From assembly GCF_009914755.1 (NCBI RefSeq), contig NC_060928.1: a stretch of 64,000 nucleotides of DNA, one strand, 5' to 3'. Position numbers and translations under genes: made by a program. Source of the DNA: the human T2T-CHM13v2.0 reference genome, Homo sapiens. The notes beneath the pieces are model-generated. The model worked only from the letters and a program-made list of their open reading frames with translations, was not told where the DNA came from and did no database searches. This document shows positions 1-15,365 of this stretch, in pieces; within the stretch, counting starts at the first letter, position 1; every line of letters starts with the position of its first letter.

Positions 1-1493
1 CTCATCAATGATCAAATAATTCTACTTTGAACAAGTAAATAAGTAGCCTGAAATCTGGACAATAAATATAATTTAGAATGCTAAATGAGAACTAAGAAGA
101 ACAGTGTGAGAGTGTATTCTGCCAGGAGTTAAGTAAAGGTGCTTCTGTCAAAGCAAATAAACTGAGACCAGGATGAGTTTGATACTGTCTCGTAAAAGAT
201 GCTCTGTCGGAAAGCATCACCATGAAAGCATGAAAGACCTAACATCACACTCTATTTCAAGAAGGCAACCAAACATAAATCATTTTAATTAATGGTGTAA
301 GGAAGGTATATTAAAATTTAAATTACTTATATTTTATTGTGCATTCCAAAAAAGAAATCAGGCTACTCTCAAAGTACCTCAATAAAGGTACCAGGAGCCC
401 TTCTCAACAATAAAAACAAGTGCAATGTACAGCATTATTACTATTTAGAAAAGAACAGCACAGCTGTTGCTGGCTAACAAAATGATTCTATAGAGTTCCA
501 GCTAGACATATCATCATCGCGTGAGATCAACTAACTTATAGGCAAATTGGGCTTTAAAAACATAAAAAAGACCATTTGTAAATGGCATTTTAAATTAAGA
601 TCTATGAGATCTTTATGTAACGTCTTAAATGCACTAAAGAAAAATGAATTTGCAATTTTCCCTTGAGGCTGCAGAACATTGGCCAAGGACACTAAAGCAA
701 GTGAACATTTGTCATTTTCAGCATATTCAGGTATTATTTGCAGCTATATAACACAATCTAACTGACAACACTACAGAAAGCCTTTGTTTGCCACCTCATC
801 TGTAATTCATCTGGACTGACTGGTTACCCCAAACTATGCAACTATAGGACTGTCATTTCTCCTATCCTGATTAGTAAAACAAATTTGCTCTTAACTCAAA
901 ATATCCCCTAATCTAAACAATGATGAAAACATCCATAATTTCTGATGTCACTAACAATTCAAAACAGGATAAGTTTTGTTTTAATGCCTCCTGCCTTTTT
1001 AACCTAGGGAAAAAGACAGGATGCTGATGACGGCTTTGTTAAAGAAAGGCAGTTATAGAGGATGGATATGAGGAAGGATACTCAATGAACAGGATACAGA
1101 CTCTTAAACAGATGTTAAGACATAACCTCACAAAAAATGAGAACTCTTCCCTTCATGGAACAGTTTGAAAACTCAACACAATCTATCATTCACTAATGGT
1201 AGTGCCTAAATATTCAAATTTACATGAGGCTCCTTTTTTATAAGGCTTGCTAGATAAAGGTCTCCAAATATCATTGGTTTAGATTTATACTTTTGTATGG
1301 AAAGCCCACGCACACAGAGGACACTATCTGCAACATTTAGATTACATCACATCTCTCTGTCATTCTTGAAAAGACTCTTTAGTATGAACTGAAAGATTTA
1401 AAATTTAAAAATAGTCTCTTATTAAAAGCATCTTGGCTGACCAGATCTTCTATGGCAGGAGTTTTTCCTTAATCTTTTTTATTATATGCCCCT

Positions 1494-1863
1494 TGATATG
1501 GTTTGGCTCTTTGTCCCCACCCAAATCTCATCTCGAATTGTAATCCCCATAATCCCCACGTGTTGAGGGAGGGACCTGGGTGAGAGGTGACTGAATCATG
1601 GAGGCGGTTTTCCCCATGCTGTTCTCATGATAGTGAGCTCTCACAAGATCTGATTATTTAATGAGGCAGTTTCCCCTCCTCTTACTAGGCCTCTCTTTCC
1701 TTCTTCATGAAGAAGGTCTTTGCTTCCTCTTCACCTTCTGCCATGATTGTAAGTTTCCTGAGGCCTCCCCAGCTATGCAGAACTGTAAGTCAATTAAACC
1801 TTTCTTTATAAATTACCCAGTTTCAGGTAGTTCTTCATAGGAGTGTAAAAATGGACTACTACA
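1494..1863 (+). mobile_element. THE1D-like MaLR solo LTR
   Basis: tgatatggtttggctc...cccacccaaatctcatctcgaattgtaatccc ... aatggactactaca; 5-bp TSD cccct/ccact. Confidence 0.9.
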
Positions 1864-2111
1864 CCACTCCTTAGCAGTCTGGTGAATCTATCCCATAATA
1901 ATTATTCTAAATTAAAATGTATAGAATTTAAAGGACCCCAATCATATTGAAATGTAATTTTCAAATTTATTTTTTAAAATATGAGATATGGAAATATGTA
2001 TGTTTCTTTATTAACTCATTAAGTAATAAGCTCTTGTAATAAGTTTAGAAACTATCATAATTTTAAAGTAGCAATGCCTGTAAAACACATTTCAAAGATA
2101 TCTGAATAGTA

Positions 2112-2268
2112 GTCAGTAGTTATGGTGCATGCCTATATTCCCCACTACTTGGGAGGCTGAAGCTGAGGCAGGAGGATCCCTTAAGCCCAGGAGTTCTAGG
2201 CTGCAGCAAACTATGATCATGTCACTGCACTCCAGCCTGAGTGACAGAGAACCTGACTCAAAAAAAAA
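2112..2268 (+). mobile_element. Alu monomer (FRAM or AluJ right arm)
   Basis: ggtgcatgcctat...gggaggctga...cactgcactccagcctg...A-tail; atctga on both sides. Confidence 0.8.
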
Positions 2269-3510
2269 TCTGAGCAACTATAAATATGATATGGGATACA
2301 TGTGATTGCTACTGGTGACAGTTTTCACAACTGCTAATATTTTTGTGGGCAGGGTAAAAAAATCAATGACAAAAACGATAAATTTCAGTTGGAAGAAAAA
2401 AGAAAGATATATATTTTTTTCCACATAAATTCACAATTCTTAGGTGAGGCATCCCTGTGGGGTATATGTAGCAGCAACTAGACAAAAGTTGAACTGCTTC
2501 TACTTCAGAGTTTCATTATAATTAATAAATTCTTATGTAGTTGTATCTTAGTTCCTCCTAAAAATGATTACAAAGGCCACATTTCCCATTGTATATATAT
2601 TATGAGAAACAAATTTTAAATGAAGTCAATGAAAATTATATCAAGAGTGATTGTATCATAAATTTCCTCAAGCACAATACTTCTCCATAATTGACAGAAT
2701 TTTTTACTATAACTAGCAAAAAGGTACTCTATTTTGAATTTGATTTCCAAGTAAAGCAATATCAATTTTCTCAATTTTAAGAATTGGGATAGGTGAAGAA
2801 GATGCATTCAATAATAAGTATTCACCATGCAACATGCCTGGTTTACAATGATAGGTAGAATACACACAGTACCTGCCTTCATGAAATTATTAGTCTATAA
2901 GGGGAGAGAGATTTTAAACAAATAATACATAAATCATTATCTAATTGTAATTTTACTTAAGCATCACCAAAAGGGTAACATTTGCTCACCTGACAGGATA
3001 ATGTTATAAGAATTTTGGCTAAAAATTTAATATAAAACATCATAGAAGGGATGTTTCTGACTTTGACATGTTTCTTTTTCCTGATATAAAACTGGTACAG
3101 CTAACCAGGTAAACGTCATAGTTTCACAGACACAGTAATTAGTCAAATGTTCAAATTCTTTGCTTTCCTCCATAGAGTGAAGGTCAATTTCTAGCTTTTA
3201 AGAGGTTCAATAGTTCAATATCTGAATATGAATGAAACTGTGCTGGCTCCTCTAGCAAATCATATCACCCCTGAGGAAGCTGTCCATGGATCTCTGTTGT
3301 CAAATGATTCTAATAACATATATGCGTGAGGCACTTCTGAAAATTGTAAACCTGTCTCTTCCAAAAATCCCTTGTTGCTCTAAGATTGTAAGTAAATTCT
3401 ACTCAGTATATGAAGCATTATGCATATTAACTTCAAAGTTACAAAACAGAGGGGTTATTCTAATTTTAAAGGATGCATATTGGTTTCAATAGCCTTGGTA
3501 CCATTGCAAA

Positions 3511-3777
3511 TTTTTTTTATTATACTTTAAGTTTTAGGGTACATGTGCACATTGTGCAGGTTAGTTACATATGTATACATGTGCCATGCTGGTGCGCTGC
3601 ACCCACTAACTCGTCATCTAGCATTAGGTATATCTCCCGATGCTATCCCTCCCCCCTCCCCCCACCCCACAACAGTCCCCAGAGTGTGATATTCCCCTTC
3701 CTGTGTCCATGTGATCTCATTGTTCAATTCCCACATTCTGAGTAAACTATCACAAGAACAAAAAACCAAACACCGCA
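3511..3777 (-). mobile_element. Short 5'-inverted L1PA2-like insertion (3'UTR antisense 3511-3734, inverted piece 3735-3777)
   Basis: L1 3'UTR with GATGACGAGTTAGTG and CTTAAAGTAT (non-Ta diagnostics); TSD gcaaat(t/a)tttt at 3506-3516 and 3775-3785. Confidence 0.9.
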
Positions 3778-3846
3778 AATATTTTAAAGAATATTTCATT
3801 GCCTCTTATTTTGCAATTGCTTGTACCCTATAAAAAGTTCAGGGTT

Positions 3847-5927
<2,081 letters not shown>

Positions 5928-6578
5928 GAAAATGGACAAAATACATTTAGAGCCATTTCACCAAAGATATAAGCAAATAATGGCAGATAAGCACACGAGA
6001 ACATGTTCCTCACTAGCTGTTATAGAAACTCAAATTAAAACCACGATGAGATATCATTACATACCTATTAGAATGGCAATAATAAAAATAGAGAAAACAC
6101 CAAATGCTGAAAATCTGAAGGAGCAACTGAATCACTCATTCATTGTTAGTGGGCATGTGAGATGGTACCACCACTCTGGGTAACAGTTTGGCAGTTTCCC
6201 ATAAAACTAGATATACAACTACTTTATAACTCAGGAGTCACAGATGGCATTTACCTAGAAAAATGAAAACTTAAGTTTATATAAAAACCTGTACATAAAT
6301 GTTCATAGTAGCTTTATTCATAATAGGGAAAACCTATAAACAACCTAAATGTTTTTCAACAGGTGAATAATTCAACAGACTGTGGTACATCTACACCATT
6401 AATTACTATGCAGCAGTAAAAACAGAGTGGACTACGACTACACACAGAAGCTTGGGTGGATCTCGGGAATTATGCTGAATGAAAAAAAGCCAGTCTCAAA
6501 ATATTACATGCTGTATGATTCCATTTATATAACATTTTTGAAATAAAAAAATTATGAAAAAAAATAAAATAAAAAAAT
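5928..6578 (+). mobile_element. Old L1M (L1MC-like) fragment plus a second A-tail, carried as the 3' transduction of the adjacent L1PA3
   Basis: Diverged L1 ORF2-end/3'UTR sequence. It lies inside the TSD pair ataaaaagttcagggtt (3830-3846 and 6577-6593). Confidence 0.85.
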
Positions 6579-6682
6579 AAAAAGTTCAGGGTTTTTGTTT
6601 TCTTTTCTTTTTTGTAATGAGTTTGTCTGAAAACATAAAAATTCCCCAACTCTGGGGAATATCAGAAAATTCAGGAGATAAT

Positions 6683-7142
6683 ATAGGTTTCTTCTTGCTG
6701 CTATAACAAATTATCATACACTTAGTGTCTTAAAACCACAGAAACTTTTTTTTTATACTTCTGGAAGTCTGGAGTCTGAAGTGAGTCTTACAGGGTTAAA
6801 AATCAGGTGTTGGCCAAGCTGGTTCTTCCTGCTCTAGGGATGGATTTGTTTCTTGCCTCTTCCAGCTTCTAGTGGCTGCCAGCATTCCTTGGCTTGTGGC
6901 TGCATCACTCCAATTTCTGCATCTATGGTTACACTGCCTTCTTTCCATCTATAGTCTAATCTCCCTCTGTCTCCCTTTTATAAGGCTTGGACTGCATTTA
7001 TGACCCATCTAGATCATCCTGAATAATGTCAAGATTTTTAATTTAATCACATCTGTAAAGTCCCTTTTGCTATATCAGGTAACATTACAAGGTTCCAGGG
7101 ATTGAGACCTGCATGTCTTTAGGGATCTTTATTCACTTTATT
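6683..7142 (-). mobile_element. MLT1C/D-type MaLR LTR
   Basis: ttgctgctataacaaattatcatacacttagtgtcttaaaac ... cttccagcttctagtggctgccagcattccttggcttgtggc ... aatcacatctgtaaagtccctttt. Confidence 0.8.
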
Positions 7143-9778
7143 GAAGGAGGCTTTTTCAAACTGCATGACCTCTGGAGCTGCCTCAGTCTACCCAAACCCA
7201 CTTCCTCTCCAGGAGAATTACCACCATTGGAAACCTGACAGCCACTGTTCTGAAAGACTTGCTGTTGAGGCAGAAAAAAGAAAAAAAAAACCTGAGAATC
7301 TCTGTCTAAAATATAAGTAACATTGTCATCACTGACTCATTGATTAGAGGTCTATGAGATTTTAAACTCTGGATAACAAGTGATTCAATCATGTTATAAA
7401 ATATGACTTAATATTTCATATTTTGGCATTTTATAAAACATGAAATGACTGAATGAAGAATATGTGACAGATATTGAGATTTCTATTCAGGGAGTTTTCT
7501 TTCCATGTTCTCTGTATTGATAAGAGCTCCTGAGCATACGATGCTCATGGAGGTGGATAGCTGACACACCATAAATGTGCCTGAGAATAGACATTTTAAG
7601 CTCTTTAGTCATGTTTCAGTTGAAAGATTAGATTTAAATATTTGCCACTAGTTCTTAAAACATATTCAAGCAAAAAGAAATTTGCACAACACCACGCTGA
7701 TAAATAGATAAATTTCATTTTCTATTAAAAAGTTCATTGCTAGGAATGACAGTCAAAGTCATATTGATCTCCAATAATTTAACGCTACTAAGAATTATTT
7801 AAATGGTCACATCCTAATTTCAGCATTGCACAAATATATAACCTAAAAGAAACAAAATAAGATAAACACCCTGCGATTGTATTATAATACCCTCTGAAAA
7901 CTCAAGATCCTTTTCCACAAGGTTATTGTCACACTACCTCCTTTTTACATCATGTCTTCATTTTTCTCTAGCTCACTTAATTTCAGCTTGAGATTCCAGC
8001 TGTCTATACTTTGTTAGAAGTACTTTGTTCTGGCTATATTTAAGGTGCAATATCTGTCACTGCCTTTCCATTTCCATTGTTAATGGAACTCAGTTGGATA
8101 CAGTCTTAAATAATTTTTGCCAGGACTAGACTTTAGCACTACTGTGAAGCCAGCAAAGTTTCTTTCAGGTAATTAGACTGATTGAATCTCTCCAGTGGCT
8201 TCTCGTCATCCCTGGGAAGAGATCAGACTTTCTATTACAAGACATAGGAGGTCCTCCCCTATGGGTTCATGCCAAAATCCAAACCATCATTCACCTAGCA
8301 CAGTAGGTCTCAGCCTAGCACTTCTGAAAACATGTCAGAATAACTCATGATTCCACATGCACTTCATCTGAAATGTCATTCAAGAACTGTCAACATCTTA
8401 TTCATGACTCAGAACTGAATTGCGAGTCATCAGGTCAGTCAGGTTTCTCTGAAATGCTCCCTTTAGTCTTGGCAAACCCTTCCTCCTTTATGTTTCTACT
8501 GTTCTTTACACACGCCGCTATTAGGACTTCAGTTACCTTCCATTTACACTTATTTGCACACATTTCTATGTTTCCATATTAAAATGTGAATTTCCATATC
8601 ATATTATAAGCACTTTTGTATCCCCAGTTCCTAGCACAGTACTGACACCTACTAGATAATCAATATTAGCCAAGGGCTGAATTCAGAATTTCACCTCTCC
8701 TTTCTTCCTGCTTTAAAATCTACTTTAGAAAACGTTTGCTATCATTCACTTATATGTAGGTATAAATATAAGTTCATACTTATATGAACTTATAAGGGCT
8801 AATTGCTTTTTAATCTATATTTCTAAGGGTAAAATAAAGGAAGTTTCCTCTATTAAATAAGTTCAGGAAATTAATAAGCATTTGTGATGTTTCTGAGGAC
8901 GGGAAGCCTTTCTGACATCCTGATACTCCACCATTAAAGGGCTCCCTTTATGCCTCGTAGAAAGTAACTCCATGATTTGAGATCTGTAGAGTCCAAGGCT
9001 TTAGAGTACCATGTATCTAGTCTCTGATCTAGTCACCTGATGATTGGCTCCTCTCCTTAATATCCAAAATGACAGTCAAAACCCATATTTGAGCACATTT
9101 CATTTTGCATATGTCTTTTTAAAAATCATACACTTTGACACTTCTGAGCCCTCTGGTCAATACTAAATGAAATTGCAAAGTGATAATTTAAAAAAAGGAG
9201 GGGAAATGCACCACTGCAAAGTTTAAATTAAAAAACCAAGGAGCACAAATTACATTAGGGCATCTTTTTGCTTTTTAATGTGATACTCAAGAATGCTAGC
9301 CACCCTAAAATAGCCATAACTAGATAATCAAGATTACAACAGGAAACTGAGCATAAATTGCTATGGCAGGAAACTGATTAGTTCAGCAAAGAGACAGGAT
9401 GCGTCTTGTCTCTACTGTTATCTGAGTTAATTCTATGCCTCCTCCATGGGCCAACTGCTCTGAGATAAAGGATTGTCAAGTTGCCTCATGAAAGCAAACT
9501 GAAGTACAACTAATAATAAACGCAGGGCTAAAACAAAGCACATCTGAAATTGCAAGGATGATGAAATCAGTCAGCAAACATGAGAGCGGCGGGAAAAGGC
9601 AGTCTTGCAGTATTATGTAAAACATTACCATGAGCTACACAATATTAAGTTCTACACAATGTGCTTATAATAAAAGGAATATTCTCAAAATAAATAGTAG
9701 GCATGATTTGGAAGAGGGCTTCCTTAAGATAATTTTTTTTCTATGAAACCTGAACAATCTAAATTGGATTGCTTGAAA

Positions 9779-10293
9779 TGTGTAGAATGATACCCCCCAC
9801 CAACATCTCCATAACTTAATTACCTGGTACTGTGAATATGTTATCTTAATGGCAAAAGGGATTTTGCAGAAGTGATTAAGGTTCAGGATCTTGAGATGGG
9901 AGATGATCCTGGATTAGCTAAGTGCGTCCAATCTAATCCCATGGTTCCTTAAAACTGGAGGACCTTTCCCAGCTGGGTTCAGAGTTAGAGGGAGATGTGA
10001 CTACAGAAAAATGGTTGAAAAGATGCAACACATCTGGCTTTGCAGATAGAGAAAGGGGGGTATGAGGCAAAGAATCTGAGTAGCCTTTAGAAGCTGGAAA
10101 AGGCAAAGGAATGGCTTCTTCCTTAGAGCATTCAGAAAGAAACACATCCCTTCCAACACATTTTAGTCCACGTAAACCCAGTGAGACTCATGTGAAAGCT
10201 GTGATTAGACAGCTGTTAGATAATAAATTTGTGTTGCTTTTAGTCAACATATGTGTGGCAATTTGTTACAGCAGCAATAGATAACTGATATAC
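9779..10293 (+). mobile_element. MLT1D-type MaLR LTR
   Basis: tgtgaatatgttatcttaatggcaaaagggattttgcag ... agaagctggaaaaggcaagga ... aatttgttacagcagcaatagataactgata. Confidence 0.85.
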
Positions 10294-10808
10294 ACCCATA
10301 TTCTTTCACAGGCTTTATACAAACACAAAAAATGACACAAACTGAAACTCCTCGTCATTACTCCAAAAGTAGCAGTTTAACAGATATGCTGACAATTGTG
10401 CATGACTAATTTCCGAACAAATATTTTTCAGTAGCAAACAGAGAAGGTCATGAAATGGTAGACCCTTCAAAGAGGAAATGAATAATTAAATGAGCACTTA
10501 AAAAAACTGACAAATTATCAACTCCTCTCAATGAACCCAAAAGAAAACATCATTCAATTTACTTGAATTTCTCTTGCACTTGAATGAAAATACCCTTTAT
10601 CCCAACTACTTCCCCTATTTTTCTCTCCTCCTCTTCCCACAAACCTGATTTAAAAGTGCTTTTTAGATGAATTTTTTAAATAAATATTTACTGACCTGCA
10701 TGTTTTCTAGAATTTATTATAGTAGTGAAGACAATTAAAATTCATTTTGCAAACTGAAACTTTGCTGTTATTAACATGGCATTTATTCATATTTCAGACC
10801 TTACTTTA

Positions 10809-10952
<144 letters not shown>

Positions 10953-11903
10953 CTAAAGTAGGCAAAAAGCAAAAACAAAGCAGTCAGCACAGCTTATGGT
11001 CAAATTCCAAATGTATATATATTTTAAGGAAACACCAGAAAATAATTCAGAAAGTATAATGTCAAACTAGATTTTAACTATATTATTTTAATTTCTTGAA
11101 ATTCTACAAATGTATCTTCTATTTAATATATATTATGTTTTATGTTATATTGTTGTGACAGGAAATAATAAACAAAAACTTTCCCAAAATGCTGCAGATT
11201 CTTTACAAATACATCTAAAAGGAATTTAGGAAAAATCACTAATCAGGATTAGACTGGTCTCTATCTTTCATGTAAGGATTATTTTGGTTCAAAGCAAATT
11301 ACCCATAGGCAGAATTTAGGCAGAATCCTGCAGACTTTTTGATGGTGAAACACAATTTATTGCATGTAGTTAAATAATAAGATGAATATTAAAAAAAATT
11401 ATCAAGTAGATGACAAACCAACAATGGTTCTTGTTGGGAAATGGTATATACACATCAATGCAAGAATGCAATCTCATGCATTCATAAATCAGATGTTCTC
11501 TCATTGAAGCTGAAATATGACCTACACAAAAACCACAGTGGTGTTCTTTCCCTTCCTAACTACTGAGCTCCTCCAGCCTTAAGGCACCTACTCTGGGCTC
11601 TGTTCTTAAACCCTTTCATATAAAAACCACCTACTCATTTTACAGGGCTCATATTAAGTCACTTCATGGAAGTCTTCCTTGGACCCTTTGACTATAAAAT
11701 GCCCCTTTGATTAAACAACTCATATTTCTCTATACTTTAATCTTTAGTACTTATCACGATGCAACAAATTATGAATTTTGTGATTATTTGTTTAATTTAT
11801 ATTTTCTACCATGATTTATTGTGAGCTCTAGGAAGTCAGGGGTTACATCTAGCCTACTTAGCACCGTATACTCCATGTCTGGCATTTAAAAACTACTTAC
11901 TGA

Positions 11904-12210
11904 GGCCGGGCACAATGGCTCACGCCTGTAATCCCAGCACTTTGGGAGGCCGAGGCAGGTGATCACGAGGTCAGGAGTATGAGACCAGCCTGGCCAACAT
12001 AGTGAAACCCCATCTCTACTAAAAATACAAAAATTAGCTGGGCGTGGTGGCGGGCACCTGTAATCCCAGCTACTCAGGAGGCTGAGGCAGGAGAATTGCT
12101 TGAACCCGGGAGGTGGAGTTTGCCATGAGCCGAGATTGCACCACTGCATTCCAGCCTGGGAGACAGAGTGAGACTCCATCTCAAAAAAAAAAAAAAGAAA
12201 GAAAGAAAGA
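11904..12210 (+). mobile_element. AluS (Sg-like), full length, inserted in an L2 3' end
   Basis: Alu dimer; 16-bp TSD aaaaactacttactga at 11888-11903 and 12211-12226. Confidence 0.95.
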
Positions 12211-13200
12211 AAAAACTACTTACTGAAAGAATGAACTCTAAAGAAAAAAAACAGCAAAAGACATGGATACAAAGAAGAATGTTTACTGAACTTTTACTGT
12301 ACAAACAGTTTCCAAGGGAACAAGGGGTATCTCCCAAATGCCTAATCCCTAGGATCCTCAGTAATAATGTTTTGTTTTGTGGTTTTTTTTTTATGAGAAA
12401 AAATTCAGGGAAGAAAAGAAAAAGAGCAAAAGAGAAAGAAGATTAATACTAATACTTTATAGAAATTTTCAGGCAAATACCTAAGTAGCCTGTTCTTAGA
12501 AAGAACATTCCAAAGTGCATCTTTCTTTACAAAATTCTAAATATTCATGAATAAATCAGCTACCGTCCACAGGCACAAACACATTAAGCTCTAAAATCTA
12601 GGCAAACAAGAATATAACGGAAAAAGGATGTCATAGAAACGCATGGAAAACTGTGGTACCCTATGGGAGAAATATTGTCAAATGTATAAATCTTGATCTC
12701 ACCTTCAAAAATATGGTCTTATGTAAGACAGCCCCTATCTGTGACTGTCCATGTACAGAAGGAATACATTTCTCACCAGACCTTTCCCACATGAGGATCC
12801 AGCCACAGCACTCATAGAAATGGCACACCATTTGGCTGTGCTATACAGCTTTCAAAAGGGCTCTATGAACATTTGGTTTCCCCTTTTCTTAGAATTCACA
12901 CCCATGTTCAGAAATAAGGACATGCAACTAGAGGCCATGAAACTGCTAAAAATTTAGTGGTTAGTTTGTTTCTTCTATGCATGTGCCAAGAACAGGAAAA
13001 TCAGAAAATTGCACTGACAGAACACAAAGTAGATGGGCTAGCCCTGCTAGATACTTAAAATTTTTTATTTTTCCCTTAAAAAAAGCCTCCATTAGTAGCA
13101 TCGACAAAATATTATGCATCTCCAGATACAAATATAATTTATTATTACAATATTATCATATCAACTGATTGCAAAGATTTGTCTTAAAAAAATTAAAAAT

Positions 13201-13504
<304 letters not shown>

Positions 13505-13606
13505 AATTAAAAATAAATTATGCACTTTCTAAAGACCTACAGACCTAGTATATATATAAGCCAAACATGATGGGAAAAGCGTCAGGGAAAATGCAACCTG
13601 GTCTTG

Positions 13607-13607
<1 letters not shown>

Positions 13608-13640
<33 letters not shown>

Positions 13641-13691
13641 GTCTATCATCTATCTATCTATCTATCTGTCTGTCTATCATCTATCTATCTG
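13608..13691. repeat. (TCTA)n/(TCTG) compound tetranucleotide microsatellite
   Basis: Direct reading. Confidence 0.95.
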
Positions 13692-14590
13692 ATGACTATT
13701 TCATTTACTGGATTCTTTTTGAAATATTCAATATCAGGAATTAGGAAACTATGGCACAAAGGTCAAATCCAGCCAATCTATTTTGTAAGACCCTGGCAAG
13801 CCAAGAACATTTCTACCCTGTTTAAGAAAAATGACATTTGAGTAATAAATATTTATTAGAACTTTTTCAGTTCTAAAGAGAGGCATGCCTATGTAAAACT
13901 GAGAAGCTTCTAGTTTCGCTCGTGATATAGATCTATATGTAATCAAATCTAGTTTCATACTCTTCTTCATCTGACTCTTAAGTCCATAGTTTGCAACATG
14001 GTATCTGATTACGGGACTGAATTCTGTAGTGTTCCACATTTCCCCAATATGTTTATAAAGTTTTGGGCAAAATGAAACTGTTTTTCTTTCATGACTAACA
14101 TCTTTCTTGCTCTGATAGTGGCTCTGGCTATCAAAACAAACACAATGGGAAAGCCTGAATTTGTATCCAGTTAACCGAGCTGATGTCTGGGATTAGTGTA
14201 TTCAGGGACTGTGTCATCTGCATCTAATTTCCTTTTCTTCACTAAAAGCAAGTTATACAATAAAAAACTTTATTCTGCCAAATATAACTAAAATTCTAGT
14301 GAAGAGAATCATAGAGATATAAAAACAAATCAGGGTGACTGCTGCCCTTGCAACATAACTATGGGACAGAGGAATCACTGGAAAGTTTCAAAAGAGCATT
14401 AGTTATTATTGCTGCAATCTATCTAGAAAATAGTGAATTCACAGCAGCCACATTAGAATGAAACAGACACAGAACGGAGAAAATGGGTCTCCACAATTTT
14501 GTTTCATGAATTTAGAGTTAGGGAAAGAAAACAGAGTCATGAAACAGATAATTATTTCATTTACTGGATTCTTTTTGGAATATTTGATAT

Positions 14591-14905
14591 CAGGAATTAG
14601 GAAACTATGGTACAAGAGTCAAATCCAGCCAATCTATTTGGTAAGACCCCAGCAAGCTAATACCTTTTTTTTTTTTACAGTATTACATAAAGCTGAAAAA
14701 ATCAAAAGAAGAATATGTTACAAGAAATTCCAATGTCAGTGTACATAGTTTTACTGAACACAGCCATTTGTTTATATAATGTCTATAGCTGTTTTTGCAC
14801 TACAATGGTAGAGTTAAGTAGTTGTGACAGAGACCATATGGCCCCCAAAGCCTTAAGTATGTATTTACTATTTGGCCTTCTACAGGAAAAATTTGCCAAC
14901 CCTTG
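14591..14905 (+). mobile_element. MER58B-like hAT-Charlie element
   Basis: caggaattaggaaactatgg ... aaaaaatcaaaagaagaata ... gttgtgacagagaccatatggcc ... aaaatttgccaacccttg. Confidence 0.85.
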
Positions 14906-15204
14906 TCCTATATAAATCAATGTAGAATCTGGTTTAAAATGGCAACTTGTGGAAGTGTTCAGTCAGGGGGTGGGGGAGACAGACGTGGGTTCAATTCTGA
15001 ATTATAGCATTTATCAGACTGCAAAACTGGGCAAGTAACAACCTTTCAGAGCCTCCAGGCTTCAAGTATCCCTTTTGCAGGGACAGTAAGGACTGAAACC
15101 ACCTGCTGTTACACTCATCAAACCATGCACCTCTTTGAGGGCTGGGTCCACATAAGAAGAAGTACCTTCTAATGTATTTGGATAAAAGTGCACTGAATGT
15201 TGGA

Positions 15205-15365
15205 GGTATCTTCCTGTTCCTCAGTTTTCTCATCCGCAAAATTAACATAATCTGAACAGCCTCCTCTTGGATTGTGAGTGCTAAATGAAGCCATAAAGGA
15301 TTTAGCACATATACAGCAGAGCTGAACACAGCGTCTAGCACTTAATACTTGCTCAGCAAACAGGT
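15205..15365 (+). mobile_element. MIR fragment
   Basis: cctcagttttctcatccgcaaaat core. Confidence 0.6.

Larger units (their letters stand above)
1456..2480 (+). mobile_element. hAT-Charlie DNA transposon relic (MER119-like), interrupted by a THE1 LTR and an Alu monomer
   Basis: Blocks gcagtctggtgaa, tttctttattaactcattaa, tgtgattgctactggtgaca and aaatttcagtt are collinear with the recalled MER119 consensus. Ends approximate. Confidence 0.6.

Noticed and set aside
8680-9140. Possible old LTR-like segment
   Set aside because: Could not assign a family or termini with confidence.
9330-9600. E2F-like GGCGGGAAAA (9588-9597) and GGAAACTGA motifs in non-repeat sequence
   Set aside because: Short motifs without a CpG island or other support; cannot be called an enhancer from sequence alone.
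11886-12446. Alu-derived ORFs here and at 13292, 16727, 22289, 22507, 26748 and 61538
   Set aside because: Generic Alu reading frames. Only the one ending at 26964 has phase and isoform-length support.
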